Source: Candidatus Bathyarchaeota archaeon (GTDB lineage: Archaea; Thermoproteota; Bathyarchaeia; Bathyarchaeales; Bathycorpusculaceae). From it: DNA of 64,000 bases. Position numbers and translations under genes: made by a program. Location: NCBI GenBank assembly GCA_963833575.1, contig CAWHXY010000004.1:832001-896000 (forward strand), written 5' to 3'. Below are positions 39,334 through 48,396 of this stretch, one piece after another (position 1 is the stretch's first letter; every line of letters starts with the position of its first letter). The notes below the pieces were generated by a model. The model was not told the origin of the DNA, did no database searches, and saw only the letters and a list, made by a program, of their open reading frames with translations.

Positions 39334-41286
39334 ATGATGATTTCAGTAAATCCGTACGAACAATTTCGACTAGAGTGCGAAAATGCGTTAGCAAACGCGC
39401 TAAAAAAAGCGTTGCCAGAAATTAAAACGCCGACTATTGCACTAAATAAAACACCTAACATTGATTATGGTCAGTTAGCGTCCTCGCTTAGTTTTGAATT
39501 GGCAAAAAAACTCAACGAAAAACCGCTAAGCGTTGCAAATATTATTGTTGACGCAATCGACAAATCCAGTTTTGAATTAATCGAAAAGGTTACGTGCGCG
39601 GGCGCAGGGTACATAAATTTTCATGTTAACTTCGAAAAGTTTTCAGCTTCAACTCTTCAGTCGGTTAAGCAATTGAAGTCAGATTACGGCTTTGTTAAAG
39701 CTGCTAGACGCACCAAAATCATTGTGGAGCATACAAGCGTCAATCCTCTTCACCCAATTCACATTGGACAAGCCAGGAATCCTATGCTTGGTGATGCGTT
39801 AGCACGAATTCTAGAATGCAGAGGGCATGAGGTTTCGCGACATTATTACATTGATGATGTGGGCAGACAATCATCTGTGGTTGCTTATGGCTATGAAAAG
39901 CTTGGAAGACCCAAGCCAACCGAAAAACCAGATCTTTTCGTTGGCAAAATCTACACAGTTACTAGTTGCATTGTTGAAATTAATCGACAAAAAAGAGTGC
40001 GTGAACTCGCTATAGTTGTCCAGTCGATAGAAGATTTGGCCAAGGCAAATAAGGAAATTGACGAGTGGATGTCAATCGCGGCTGAACTCAAAGAAAAATT
40101 CCCTGTTCTTTTTGATCTTTTAATGACTAAAATCGGAGAAGACGAAAACCCAGAGGAAGAAATAAACCGCCTAAACCGAGCTTACGAGGACGGAGAACCC
40201 CACGCTAAACAGCTTATCCGTGAAGTCAGCGATTTGTGCCTTGAGGGTTTTAGAGAAACAATGAAACGGGTTGATGTCACCTATGATTCGTGGGATTGGG
40301 AAAGCGACTTTGTTTGGAGCGCTCAGGTTAATGAGGTTTTGCAGAAGCTCAAAACTTCACCTTTTGTTTATAATGAAAAAGATGTGCTGGAGTTTGATGC
40401 TGACAAAGTATCCAACGTTTTGAACTTGAGAGGCAAATTGGGTTTAAGTGAGAACAATGAAGTTCCTCCGTTAACGCTTGGGCGAGCAGACGGCACAACA
40501 CTCTACACAACACGTGACATTGCTTACACGTTATGGAAGTTTAAGCGGGCACAAAAAGTCATAAATGTCATCGGTATGGAACAGTCACTTGCACAACTGC
40601 AATTAAAAATTGCACTCTATGCATTAGGCTACACTGAATGTGCTGAGAATTTAGTTCATTTTGCTTACAACTTGGTTACATTACCAGGTTACAAGATGAG
40701 CAGCCGCAGAGGACACTACATTACCTTCGACCAAGTTCTTGACGAAGCGGTCCAACGCGCATACGAAGAAGTTTCGAAACGCTCGCCACAACTATCCGAG
40801 GAAGAAAAACGTAAAATCGCGAATTTTGTAGGTTTAGGCGCCGTCCGTTATGCCCTTGTTGATGTAGACAGTTCAAAACCAGTCATCTTCACCTGGGAAC
40901 GTGTCCTCAATTTCGAAACTAACAGTGCCCCATATGTGCAGTATACTCATGCAAGGGCATGCAGTATTTTACGCAAGGCCGCCAGAGAACCAGAAAAACC
41001 AGCTTATGAACTGCTATCAGAAAAGCTTGAACGCGAACTTATCTTGAATCTTGCAAGTTTCCCGGACACATTCATAGACGCCGCAGAATACCTCAAGCCA
41101 AACTTGATTGCTGATTACGCAAATGCGTTGGCAGACAAATTTAACACTTTCTACAATGCGCTCCCCGTCATAAAAGCCGAATCACAAGAGCTAAGTGACG
41201 CACGATTAACCTTGACACAAGCTATACAGATCGTAATGCATAACGCCCTAACCCTGATCGGTGTCGTTGCTCCCGAGAAAATGTAA
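39334..41286 (+). CDS. argS: Arginine--tRNA ligase
   Basis: EHTSVNP..PIHIGQARN (HIGH-like), KMSSRRG, PYVQYTHARACSI. Confidence 0.97.
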   Translation: MMISVNPYEQFRLECENALANALKKALPEIKTPTIALNKTPNIDYGQLASSLSFELAKKLNEKPLSVANIIVDAIDKSSFELIEKVTCAGAGYINFHVNFEKFSASTLQSVKQLKSDYGFVKAARRTKIIVEHTSVNPLHPIHIGQARNPMLGDALARILECRGHEVSRHYYIDDVGRQSSVVAYGYEKLGRPKPTEKPDLFVGKIYTVTSCIVEINRQKRVRELAIVVQSIEDLAKANKEIDEWMSIAAELKEKFPVLFDLLMTKIGEDENPEEEINRLNRAYEDGEPHAKQLIREVSDLCLEGFRETMKRVDVTYDSWDWESDFVWSAQVNEVLQKLKTSPFVYNEKDVLEFDADKVSNVLNLRGKLGLSENNEVPPLTLGRADGTTLYTTRDIAYTLWKFKRAQKVINVIGMEQSLAQLQLKIALYALGYTECAENLVHFAYNLVTLPGYKMSSRRGHYITFDQVLDEAVQRAYEEVSKRSPQLSEEEKRKIANFVGLGAVRYALVDVDSSKPVIFTWERVLNFETNSAPYVQYTHARACSILRKAAREPEKPAYELLSEKLERELILNLASFPDTFIDAAEYLKPNLIADYANALADKFNTFYNALPVIKAESQELSDARLTLTQAIQIVMHNALTLIGVVAPEKM

Positions 41287-41507
41287 TAAACTGTTGAATT
41301 TAGGATTTTGACACTGAAAACACCAATCCTTCTTTTCAATTTTGATAAAATAGAGCAATTAATCATCAATAACAAACTATCAATAACTTGTTTAGAATGA
41401 GAAAAGAGCCTGCGCTAGAGAAAACAGTTTATCCAGATTATTTTGCTATTTGTTTCGATGACAAATTTCATATAGAAGCCTAATAATTTACAACGAGGTG
41501 CACCATA

Positions 41508-42572
41508 ATGAGTGATCCATACTTCAAAAAGAAACTTGAACCAATCCACGTTAAACAAAAAAGCATTTCACAACTTTTATCAGAAATGAGCAAAACCGCT
41601 TACCAAGGACGCAAGCTTGGCGAAGCAGTTGATGTTTGGGAAAACATGCTTAAAGAAAAAAATCTCACCATAGCTATGGGCTTTGCCGGTTCCATGAGCA
41701 CAGCAGGGCAATGGACAATTATTAATTGGCTTATAGAAAATCGCTTCATCGATGTTCTGGTTTCCACGGGCGCGAACGTTTCCGAAGACATTGTGGATGC
41801 CATGGGCTTAGGCTACTATCAAGGTAGCCACATGGTAAACGACGAGCAACTTCTCCAAGATGACGTCAACCGATACTACGACGTTTACGGAAAAGAAACA
41901 GACTACCGTAAAATGGAAGAAGTCGTCACCGACTTCGTAATGACATGCAAAGAAGATTACAATTACACTTCAGCAGAATTCCTCTACGGACTTGGCAAAT
42001 ACTTGGGAAAGAAAAAGATTCCTGCAATCTCCGCAGTTGCAGCAGCAAATGGCGTTCCAATTTTCAGCCCAGCAATGGTTGACAGCGCATACGGTGAAAC
42101 CTTCCTCTTAGCCAAAAACCAAGGCCATAACGTCCACATCGACAGTGTCAAAGAATTCGACCAATTCGTTAGCATAGGCACAAAAACCAAAGAAGTCGGT
42201 GTAGTCTACATTGGTGGCGGCGTCCCCAAAGATTTAACCCAACTCATCGCCATCTCAGTTTCACCATTCACCTGTGATGAAGGAGTAAAAGGCAGAAAAG
42301 GTGGCCTGCGCAAAGGTCTACAAGAATACTACTACCCCCACAAATACGCCATACAAATAACCACAGATTCACCACAATGGGGAGGCTTAAGTGGATGCAC
42401 ACTGGAAGAAGCAATCAGCTGGGGCAAAATAAACAGCAAGGAAGGTACAAGAGCAGTATGCTACTGCGACGCCACAATCGCACTGCCACTAATAGCCCAC
42501 GCACTATGCGAAAGAGTGCCAGAAAAACGCAAAGGGCCAGATATGAGCTGGCTCTTCAATGGCGTCCAATAA
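41508..42572 (+). CDS. Deoxyhypusine synthase-like protein (paralog 1)
   Basis: GFAGSMS, STGAN, IGGGVPKD, QITTD.PQWGGLSGCTLEEAISWGK, CDATIALP. Confidence 0.88.
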   Translation: MSDPYFKKKLEPIHVKQKSISQLLSEMSKTAYQGRKLGEAVDVWENMLKEKNLTIAMGFAGSMSTAGQWTIINWLIENRFIDVLVSTGANVSEDIVDAMGLGYYQGSHMVNDEQLLQDDVNRYYDVYGKETDYRKMEEVVTDFVMTCKEDYNYTSAEFLYGLGKYLGKKKIPAISAVAAANGVPIFSPAMVDSAYGETFLLAKNQGHNVHIDSVKEFDQFVSIGTKTKEVGVVYIGGGVPKDLTQLIAISVSPFTCDEGVKGRKGGLRKGLQEYYYPHKYAIQITTDSPQWGGLSGCTLEEAISWGKINSKEGTRAVCYCDATIALPLIAHALCERVPEKRKGPDMSWLFNGVQ

Positions 42573-42607
42573 AACGCCCCTTTACTTTTTTGTTTTTCTC
42601 TGCAATG

Positions 42608-43579
42608 TTAAGGTTTTTTCTTTTTGCCCAGCCTGTCAAGGAGTGCGCTTGTCATTATTGGCATTATTACTGTGGCGTCGCCTTCTATCATTATGCGTTT
42701 GGCTTTTTCGTTGATTTTTCCCCACGAAACGGCTTCTCTGGGGCGTGCGCCGCTGAGGCTTCCATCCCACTCGTCTGCTGTGGTTATGTAGACGACGTAG
42801 TCTAAGCCGTCTTTGAATTGGTTCCACCAAATCGTATGATGCTTGCTGATACCTCCGCCAACGATCAGGGCGCCGCTTTTCTTAGCGTCGAAAACGATGT
42901 TGTTTAGGTCGCCTTCGTCTTTTAACAGGTTAATTCTGAAGTCGTGATGGTCTTGGCTGAAGAACCAGAGTTGGTAACCTACTGATCCATCAGTTATGCC
43001 TGGTACGAAGATGGGAATGTTGTTTTTGGCTGCCCAATAAAGAATCGAGCTCTCATTGCAACAGCGTAATCCAATTTCGCGGCACAGCTCAGTGGTGGAG
43101 AGTTCCCTTTTGCCTTCCTTGTATAGTTCTTCAAGAAGCCCGAGGATTTTCTTTTCTATAATTATGCCGTAGCTGTCATTTGGGACAAGTACGTTTCCCA
43201 GGCGGTTTAGGCCTTCTTGGTGAAGTTTGGAATCGTTCATGATGAAGCTGCCTTTATAGTAGTCTTTCCAGCTGCGTGCAACGTCGTGATCAAGCGTCCC
43301 ACATGTGGTGATTACGACATCAACTAGTCTGCGTTTCACTAGTTCTTTGATAACGCCTCGTGTCCCAGTAGCCACTATGTCGGCGGTGAATGAGAGAAAC
43401 TTTACGCAGCCTTTGGCTTTTATCATGGATTCCATGATGCTGACGCCTGTTGAGAGCTTTCCTGCCGTGAAACCCCACGCCTTATCCATTTGCCCAACAA
43501 GTTTATTTACCGTCATTTTTTCAGTAAACTGATAATCTTCAACTGGTACCTTATGTGCCTCTGTTTCTTTATGCGCCAT
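42608..43579 (-). CDS. dys: Deoxyhypusine synthase (canonical archaeal type)
   Basis: TTCG.LDHD, NRLGN, GGGISKHH, DGSLSGARPREAVSWGK, GDAT. Confidence 0.92.
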   Translation of the reverse strand: MAHKETEAHKVPVEDYQFTEKMTVNKLVGQMDKAWGFTAGKLSTGVSIMESMIKAKGCVKFLSFTADIVATGTRGVIKELVKRRLVDVVITTCGTLDHDVARSWKDYYKGSFIMNDSKLHQEGLNRLGNVLVPNDSYGIIIEKKILGLLEELYKEGKRELSTTELCREIGLRCCNESSILYWAAKNNIPIFVPGITDGSVGYQLWFFSQDHHDFRINLLKDEGDLNNIVFDAKKSGALIVGGGISKHHTIWWNQFKDGLDYVVYITTADEWDGSLSGARPREAVSWGKINEKAKRIMIEGDATVIMPIMTSALLDRLGKKKKP

Positions 43580-43644
43580 AACAAGTCACTCGATGCAGTT
43601 TGTTAAGAAACGTTAGGATAAATACGTGTCGAAAACGTCGGCTT

Positions 43645-44535
43645 TTATTCTGATAGGTAGGAGATGATCCGATTGTAGATGTCTTTGTCGGATGAGTCTT
43701 CGTATCCGGCGTAAATGCTTGGGTTATCGTTAACTTCTACTACAACGTAGTTGCCGTTTACTTCTTTGATGTCAACGCCGTAGAGTCCTTTTCCGACAAC
43801 GCTGCATGCTTTCAAAGCTACTTCTCTAAGTCTAGCAGGCAACTCTTTTTTGTGGAGGCTTACTGTTCTGCCCCATATCACTGTTGGTTTTCCGCGGAGT
43901 TTGGCGCCATGTTTCCATTTGCCTTTTGGAATCATGTATTTGCACACGTACAGTATGTCATTGTTTAGTACGCCGACTCTCCAGTCAAACGCTGTTGGCG
44001 TAAACTGTTGAATTGCCAAAACATCAGATTTCTTAAAGAACCGTTTCGCTACATCTCTGAAACTTGTTTCGCAAGCAGCCTTTTCTACGTAGCGTGAGAA
44101 GCTTGTATAAGGTGCTTTTATGACAACTGGTTTTCCAAGTTCGTCGAATATGTCGCTAATTTTCTTGTGGTGCAGTTCGTCTTTGTTTAGGAAAACGGTG
44201 GGTATGTGTGGAACGTTGAACTTTTCGAATAAAGCGTATTGGTGGATTTTGTTGCCGCAGATTGTTATGGATTCAGGATCATCAATGACTTTTAACCCTA
44301 GTTCCCATGCTGTTTTGGAAACCACATAGGCCGTATTCAAAGGGTCGGTTGTTGCCCTGATGAAGACAGAATCATATTTTGGGACGTCAGAGATGTTTTC
44401 GCGAAAAAGGAAACTAAATTCGCTCCCTTGTTTTTCTGCGGCTGACTTGAAGTTTTGGAGTGCGCCTTCTTCTCGGGGATCAGTAAAATTATATTTCTCA
44501 ACAAAGCATGCGATCTTAGACACCGAAGTGTTCAC
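43645..44535 (-). CDS. RimK-family ATP-grasp alpha-L-glutamate ligase
   Basis: FIRATT.P, PVVIKAP..SFS, FDWRVGVL, GLYGVDIKE, EVNDNP. Confidence 0.9.
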   Translation of the reverse strand: MNTSVSKIACFVEKYNFTDPREEGALQNFKSAAEKQGSEFSFLFRENISDVPKYDSVFIRATTDPLNTAYVVSKTAWELGLKVIDDPESITICGNKIHQYALFEKFNVPHIPTVFLNKDELHHKKISDIFDELGKPVVIKAPYTSFSRYVEKAACETSFRDVAKRFFKKSDVLAIQQFTPTAFDWRVGVLNNDILYVCKYMIPKGKWKHGAKLRGKPTVIWGRTVSLHKKELPARLREVALKACSVVGKGLYGVDIKEVNGNYVVVEVNDNPSIYAGYEDSSDKDIYNRIISYLSE

Positions 44536-45217
44536 CCTGCTCAGAAATGAGCATGACCTCTTTGGAGATCTGTTGCAAGTCTATCTCTGAAAGCTCCTCT
44601 TTGCTTACGGGTTGCAATCCACACAAATAAGCTTTATCTACTGTTTTTTGTATATGCAAATTGCAAACTGGAATCTTGAATGTTTCAAATACACGTTTTG
44701 CAATTTCCTGTGTCTGCGAATCTTGATTTGTTGTTTTCCCGAAGAATGATTTGATGGTGATAAGCTCACCTTTAAGCGGTTGGGCACAAACGGCGAATTT
44801 GTAGTTCATTCCTAGACTTTTCATGCCTCGATAAAGCGCGCTTTTATTATTGGCGATTTTGTAGCCGTCGTAAATGAATGGGTTTACTGCAAAAAGAATG
44901 ACGGGATAGCCAAGTTCAGCAGTTATTTTTCTAACGGAATCTGTGACGAGAAACGGTAAGGTTGGAACTCCAGCTCTTGCTGCTCTCAAAATTAGAATAG
45001 GAGTTCTGCTTGAATCAATAATGTTTTCACATGATGGAATTACTTGGTTGCCGAGAATTTCGGCATGCATCGAGACGTAATAGCCTGTTTTCATGTATCG
45101 GTATTCGTTGTTAATGTTGATAGTGGTTTCTTTGAGTGTGGAATCTAAAAACGTTGCGGGCTTCATTATTTGCATATTGGTTGTTAGGTCGATGTTTGAG
45201 ACGACCAACACGGTCAT
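44516..45217 (-). CDS. RimK-like ATP-grasp N-terminal-domain protein
   Basis: IN...Y.Y...GYYVS..AE..G..VIP motif; overlaps the downstream RimK gene. Confidence 0.75.
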   Translation of the reverse strand: MTVLVVSNIDLTTNMQIMKPATFLDSTLKETTININNEYRYMKTGYYVSMHAEILGNQVIPSCENIIDSSRTPILILRAARAGVPTLPFLVTDSVRKITAELGYPVILFAVNPFIYDGYKIANNKSALYRGMKSLGMNYKFAVCAQPLKGELITIKSFFGKTTNQDSQTQEIAKRVFETFKIPVCNLHIQKTVDKAYLCGLQPVSKEELSEIDLQQISKEVMLISEQGEHFGV

Positions 45218-45324
45218 GAGACACCAGGTTGCTTAAAACCCGATATTGGTGCAGTTATATTTAAGATTAACTATGACATATTTATGCCAAAAATCGAAGG
45301 TTAAAATATAAGAGGTAAAATCCT

Positions 45325-46512
45325 ACGTTTAAACCGCTTGAAGTCTTAGGGCCAGAACATGAATTTTCTCTCGTTAACCCAGAGCTAAAAGTTCTGCCAA
45401 TCTCAGACAAAATTATAAAAGACTACTGCGGAAAAATCGTCAACTTTGTTGAGTTGACGTCTTTCACATTTGGGAAAGAACTGCAAATGCATGTCATGGA
45501 GGTAAAAGCAAACTCGCCTTTCAAATCCCCTGTGGAATTTGAAGAAACAATGCAACAGGCAGTCACAACCTTAAACCAAATTGTACAGAAACGTGGCGCC
45601 AAACTTCTCGGAACTGGAATGCATCCTTTACTTAAACTAGAAGACACCGCCATCTGGCCTCATTACCACAAAAAAATCTACTGCGAATACGGCAAAATCT
45701 TCAACCTAAATCAGCATGGATGGCTAAACATACAAAGCTTTCACTTAAATCTCCCGTACCAAAAAGAACCCGACGGCGTTCAAATCCATAATCTGCTTGC
45801 TAATTTGAGTGCATATCTACCTGCTATTGCTTCTTCCTCGCCAATTTATGAATGCAAAAATGGACCCGACATCGATAACCGACTTCAATTCTACAGGGTA
45901 AACCAGAAAGAAATTCCGTCAATAACTGGCGAAGTTATCCCAGAATACGTCACTTCATTTAGCCAGTACAAACATGACGTTATCGAACGATACTCAGAGG
46001 ACTTAGCTAAATCCGGGGCAAGCAAAACCTTGCTGAATCGGGAATGGGTTAATTCAAGAGGCGTAATTTTCCGTTTTGACCGTTGTGCTCTTGAAGTACG
46101 AGTGATGGATGAGCAAGAATGCATTAAGTCTGATGTTGCTTTGAGCTGTTTTGTACGGGCTACCCTCAGAGGATTAATCGCTTTAAAGGCTGAGCTTTCT
46201 CCACATGACTTGATAGTTAAAGACTTCAACATAATAGTTAAGGAAGGATTAGACGCTCAGGTTTCAAGCTCTTACGGCAAGACAGCAAGGCAGGTTTGCC
46301 AACATTTCCTACACTTGGCTTGTGAATTCGCAAATGACGATGAAAAAAAGTATTTGTGGATTATAAAGAAAAGACTAGAAAACGGCAGCCTATCAGAAAT
46401 TGTGCGAAATCGCGTCTTGAGGCGAGCAGAAAAAACCGATTTCCACGAAGCAATCATAAATGTCTTTTCAACGCTTATTAAGTGCCTCTCCGATAATGAA
46501 CCCTACTTCTAA
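45325..46512 (+). CDS. Glutamate--cysteine ligase family 2 (GCS2/YbdK-like); start codon uncertain
   Basis: The frame extends upstream of the track ORF to (T)FKPLEVLGPEHEF. Also has KELQ.HV.E, GTGMHP, NIQSFHLNL, ASSSP, NSRG...RF.R.ALEVR..DEQEC. Confidence 0.85.
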   Translation, partial: TFKPLEVLGPEHEFSLVNPELKVLPISDKIIKDYCGKIVNFVELTSFTFGKELQMHVMEVKANSPFKSPVEFEETMQQAVTTLNQIVQKRGAKLLGTGMHPLLKLEDTAIWPHYHKKIYCEYGKIFNLNQHGWLNIQSFHLNLPYQKEPDGVQIHNLLANLSAYLPAIASSSPIYECKNGPDIDNRLQFYRVNQKEIPSITGEVIPEYVTSFSQYKHDVIERYSEDLAKSGASKTLLNREWVNSRGVIFRFDRCALEVRVMDEQECIKSDVALSCFVRATLRGLIALKAELSPHDLIVKDFNIIVKEGLDAQVSSSYGKTARQVCQHFLHLACEFANDDEKKYLWIIKKRLENGSLSEIVRNRVLRRAEKTDFHEAIINVFSTLIKCLSDNEPYF

Positions 46513-46529
46513 AAAATGGCGAAATCGCA

Positions 46530-47081
46530 ATGCCTGAAGACAACGAAGGAGCAACTTTCTCATTTGATGTATGTAGCCAGTGCAAAAGCATCTGTTGTCA
46601 AGACGCAAAACCACCGCTAACTGAAAACCGAAAAAAAATCGTAGAAAAATATCTAAGAGAACAGAAAATTAACATTGAAAAACCATTCGCAAAAGAAGAT
46701 TATTCTTATCCAGCTGTTGATGAACTTGTTTTTTGTAGGCTGTTCAATAAGAAAACTGGTAAATGTTCGGTGCACGTTGTCAAGCCTGAAACCTGCGTGG
46801 CGGGACCAGTTACTTTTGACATTAACTTTTCAACAAAGAAAGTTGAGTGGTTTCTTAAGAAATCGGAACTTTGCGCTTTTGCCGGAATACTGTATAGGGA
46901 CAAAGCTGCTTTCAAACAACATTTGGAAGCGGCTAAGAAAGAATTAACTGAGCTTATTTGTCAATTAGACGCCGAAGAGTTACGGGCGATTGTGAGAATT
47001 GCTGAGCCTCTAACATTCAAAGTTGGCGAAGATGACTTGCCTTTAGGCGTAAAGAAAAAACTTGGGTTAGTAACGGCTTAA
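46530..47081 (+). CDS. YkgJ-family Cys-cluster (Fe-S/Zn) protein
   Basis: C..C...CC, C.LF.....CSVH..KP.TC..GP. Confidence 0.85.
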   Translation: MPEDNEGATFSFDVCSQCKSICCQDAKPPLTENRKKIVEKYLREQKINIEKPFAKEDYSYPAVDELVFCRLFNKKTGKCSVHVVKPETCVAGPVTFDINFSTKKVEWFLKKSELCAFAGILYRDKAAFKQHLEAAKKELTELICQLDAEELRAIVRIAEPLTFKVGEDDLPLGVKKKLGLVTA

Positions 47082-47419
47082 AGTAATCCTGCATCCCTCA
47101 ATTTTAGAGCTAAACTTATGTCACCATTAAAACGGATTCTTCCTGTAAAAAAAGCCTTTTCCGTGCTTAATTTTCCATTTAACATGTCCATGAAGTCATT
47201 TTCCGAAACCCTGATCGATAATGAGGCTGATGGATTAGTTCCTTCTGTCACTTGCAGTTTCTGGTTTTTTATGATTATTACCCAGTTTTGTTCCTTTTGT
47301 CCGCCGCTTAAGCTCAATTGAATTACCGTATCGATGCCTGCTGCTTTGTCCGGTTTGAATCTTGCGGGAAGCTGTTTCTCGAAAAATTCCTCAGGATTTT
47401 TGACTTCCATCATGTTCAA
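47078..47419 (-). CDS. SCP2 sterol/lipid-binding domain protein
   Basis: F.P.KA.G....IQ..L.G, NGKL....AF..G.I...GD..LA.KL. Confidence 0.88.
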   Translation of the reverse strand: MNMMEVKNPEEFFEKQLPARFKPDKAAGIDTVIQLSLSGGQKEQNWVIIIKNQKLQVTEGTNPSASLSIRVSENDFMDMLNGKLSTEKAFFTGRIRFNGDISLALKLRDAGLL

Positions 47420-47471
47420 CTCGTGTTTTCAGGTAAGTTACACACTTGAGCTATTGAACTTTGTTGAAAAA

Positions 47472-48230
47472 TTATCTGAAGAGGTCTTTTTCTTTGGCTC
47501 TAATAAGTTCGGTAGTTGATGCGCCCTCAGTTGTTTGGTACTTGTATCCTCGAATGATAGCAACAGGTATTCCCTCGTTGGCTTGTCCAATCACAAGTTC
47601 CGCTGCCGAAGATAATTCATCGGCAATGGCGGTTTGTTTTATTCGAAGAACGTATCCAAAGAGATCTTTTTCTCCACGTCTATCCCTAATTGGTTTAATT
47701 CCTGCAACACCAACTGCCACGTTTATTTCTCCTAAACGTAGAGGTCTTCCATGAGTATCAGAAATGATTACTGCAACGGTGGCTCCGGTTAACCGTTTTA
47801 TTCCCCGTCTTATGTTTTGTGCAGAAACGTTTGGGTTTTTTGGCAATGGTACCACGTTGCGGTCGCCTGAAACATTTGACCTGTCAATTCCAGCATTTGC
47901 ACAAATTATTCCGTTTTTAGTCTCCGTTATAATGCTGTTTTGTCCCAATCGCACTATTTCTTTAGTTTCTCTAAGAATGACCTCGACTAGAGCAGGCTCT
48001 TTGTTAGTTTCTTCTGCTAACTCCATTGCTCTCTCAGAAGGAGTCACTTTGTCAAGGTCGATAATGTTTCCTTCAGCTTTTGAAACTACCACATGAGTAA
48101 CAACTAATATGTCGTTTTCCATTAGTGGTGTACCCTGTTTTTCTGTAGCGTTTGAAATGAGCTCTGCTAAATTATCTCCATCTTTTATTAGCGGTAGATT
48201 TTCAACAGCAATTATCTTTATAATATCCAT
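47472..48230 (-). CDS. cofE: Coenzyme F420-0:L-glutamate ligase
   Basis: VVSKAEG, ICANAGIDRSN, IISDTHGRP.R.G, DLFG..L, ADEL, DLFR. Confidence 0.95.
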   Translation of the reverse strand: MDIIKIIAVENLPLIKDGDNLAELISNATEKQGTPLMENDILVVTHVVVSKAEGNIIDLDKVTPSERAMELAEETNKEPALVEVILRETKEIVRLGQNSIITETKNGIICANAGIDRSNVSGDRNVVPLPKNPNVSAQNIRRGIKRLTGATVAVIISDTHGRPLRLGEINVAVGVAGIKPIRDRRGEKDLFGYVLRIKQTAIADELSSAAELVIGQANEGIPVAIIRGYKYQTTEGASTTELIRAKEKDLFR

Positions 48231-48396
48231 TTTTGTGCTTCCTTCTGAATTAAAGAGGCTACGGGAAAATCACTTTAAAGCTTATCTGTTCAGCTATTCG
48301 TTACTGGTGTCCAAAATTAGGTAAATACTGACAAGTTTTAAGAACTACTTACGGCTACATACAATAGTTGTCTGTTTTCTAATTGGTGTTTAATGG

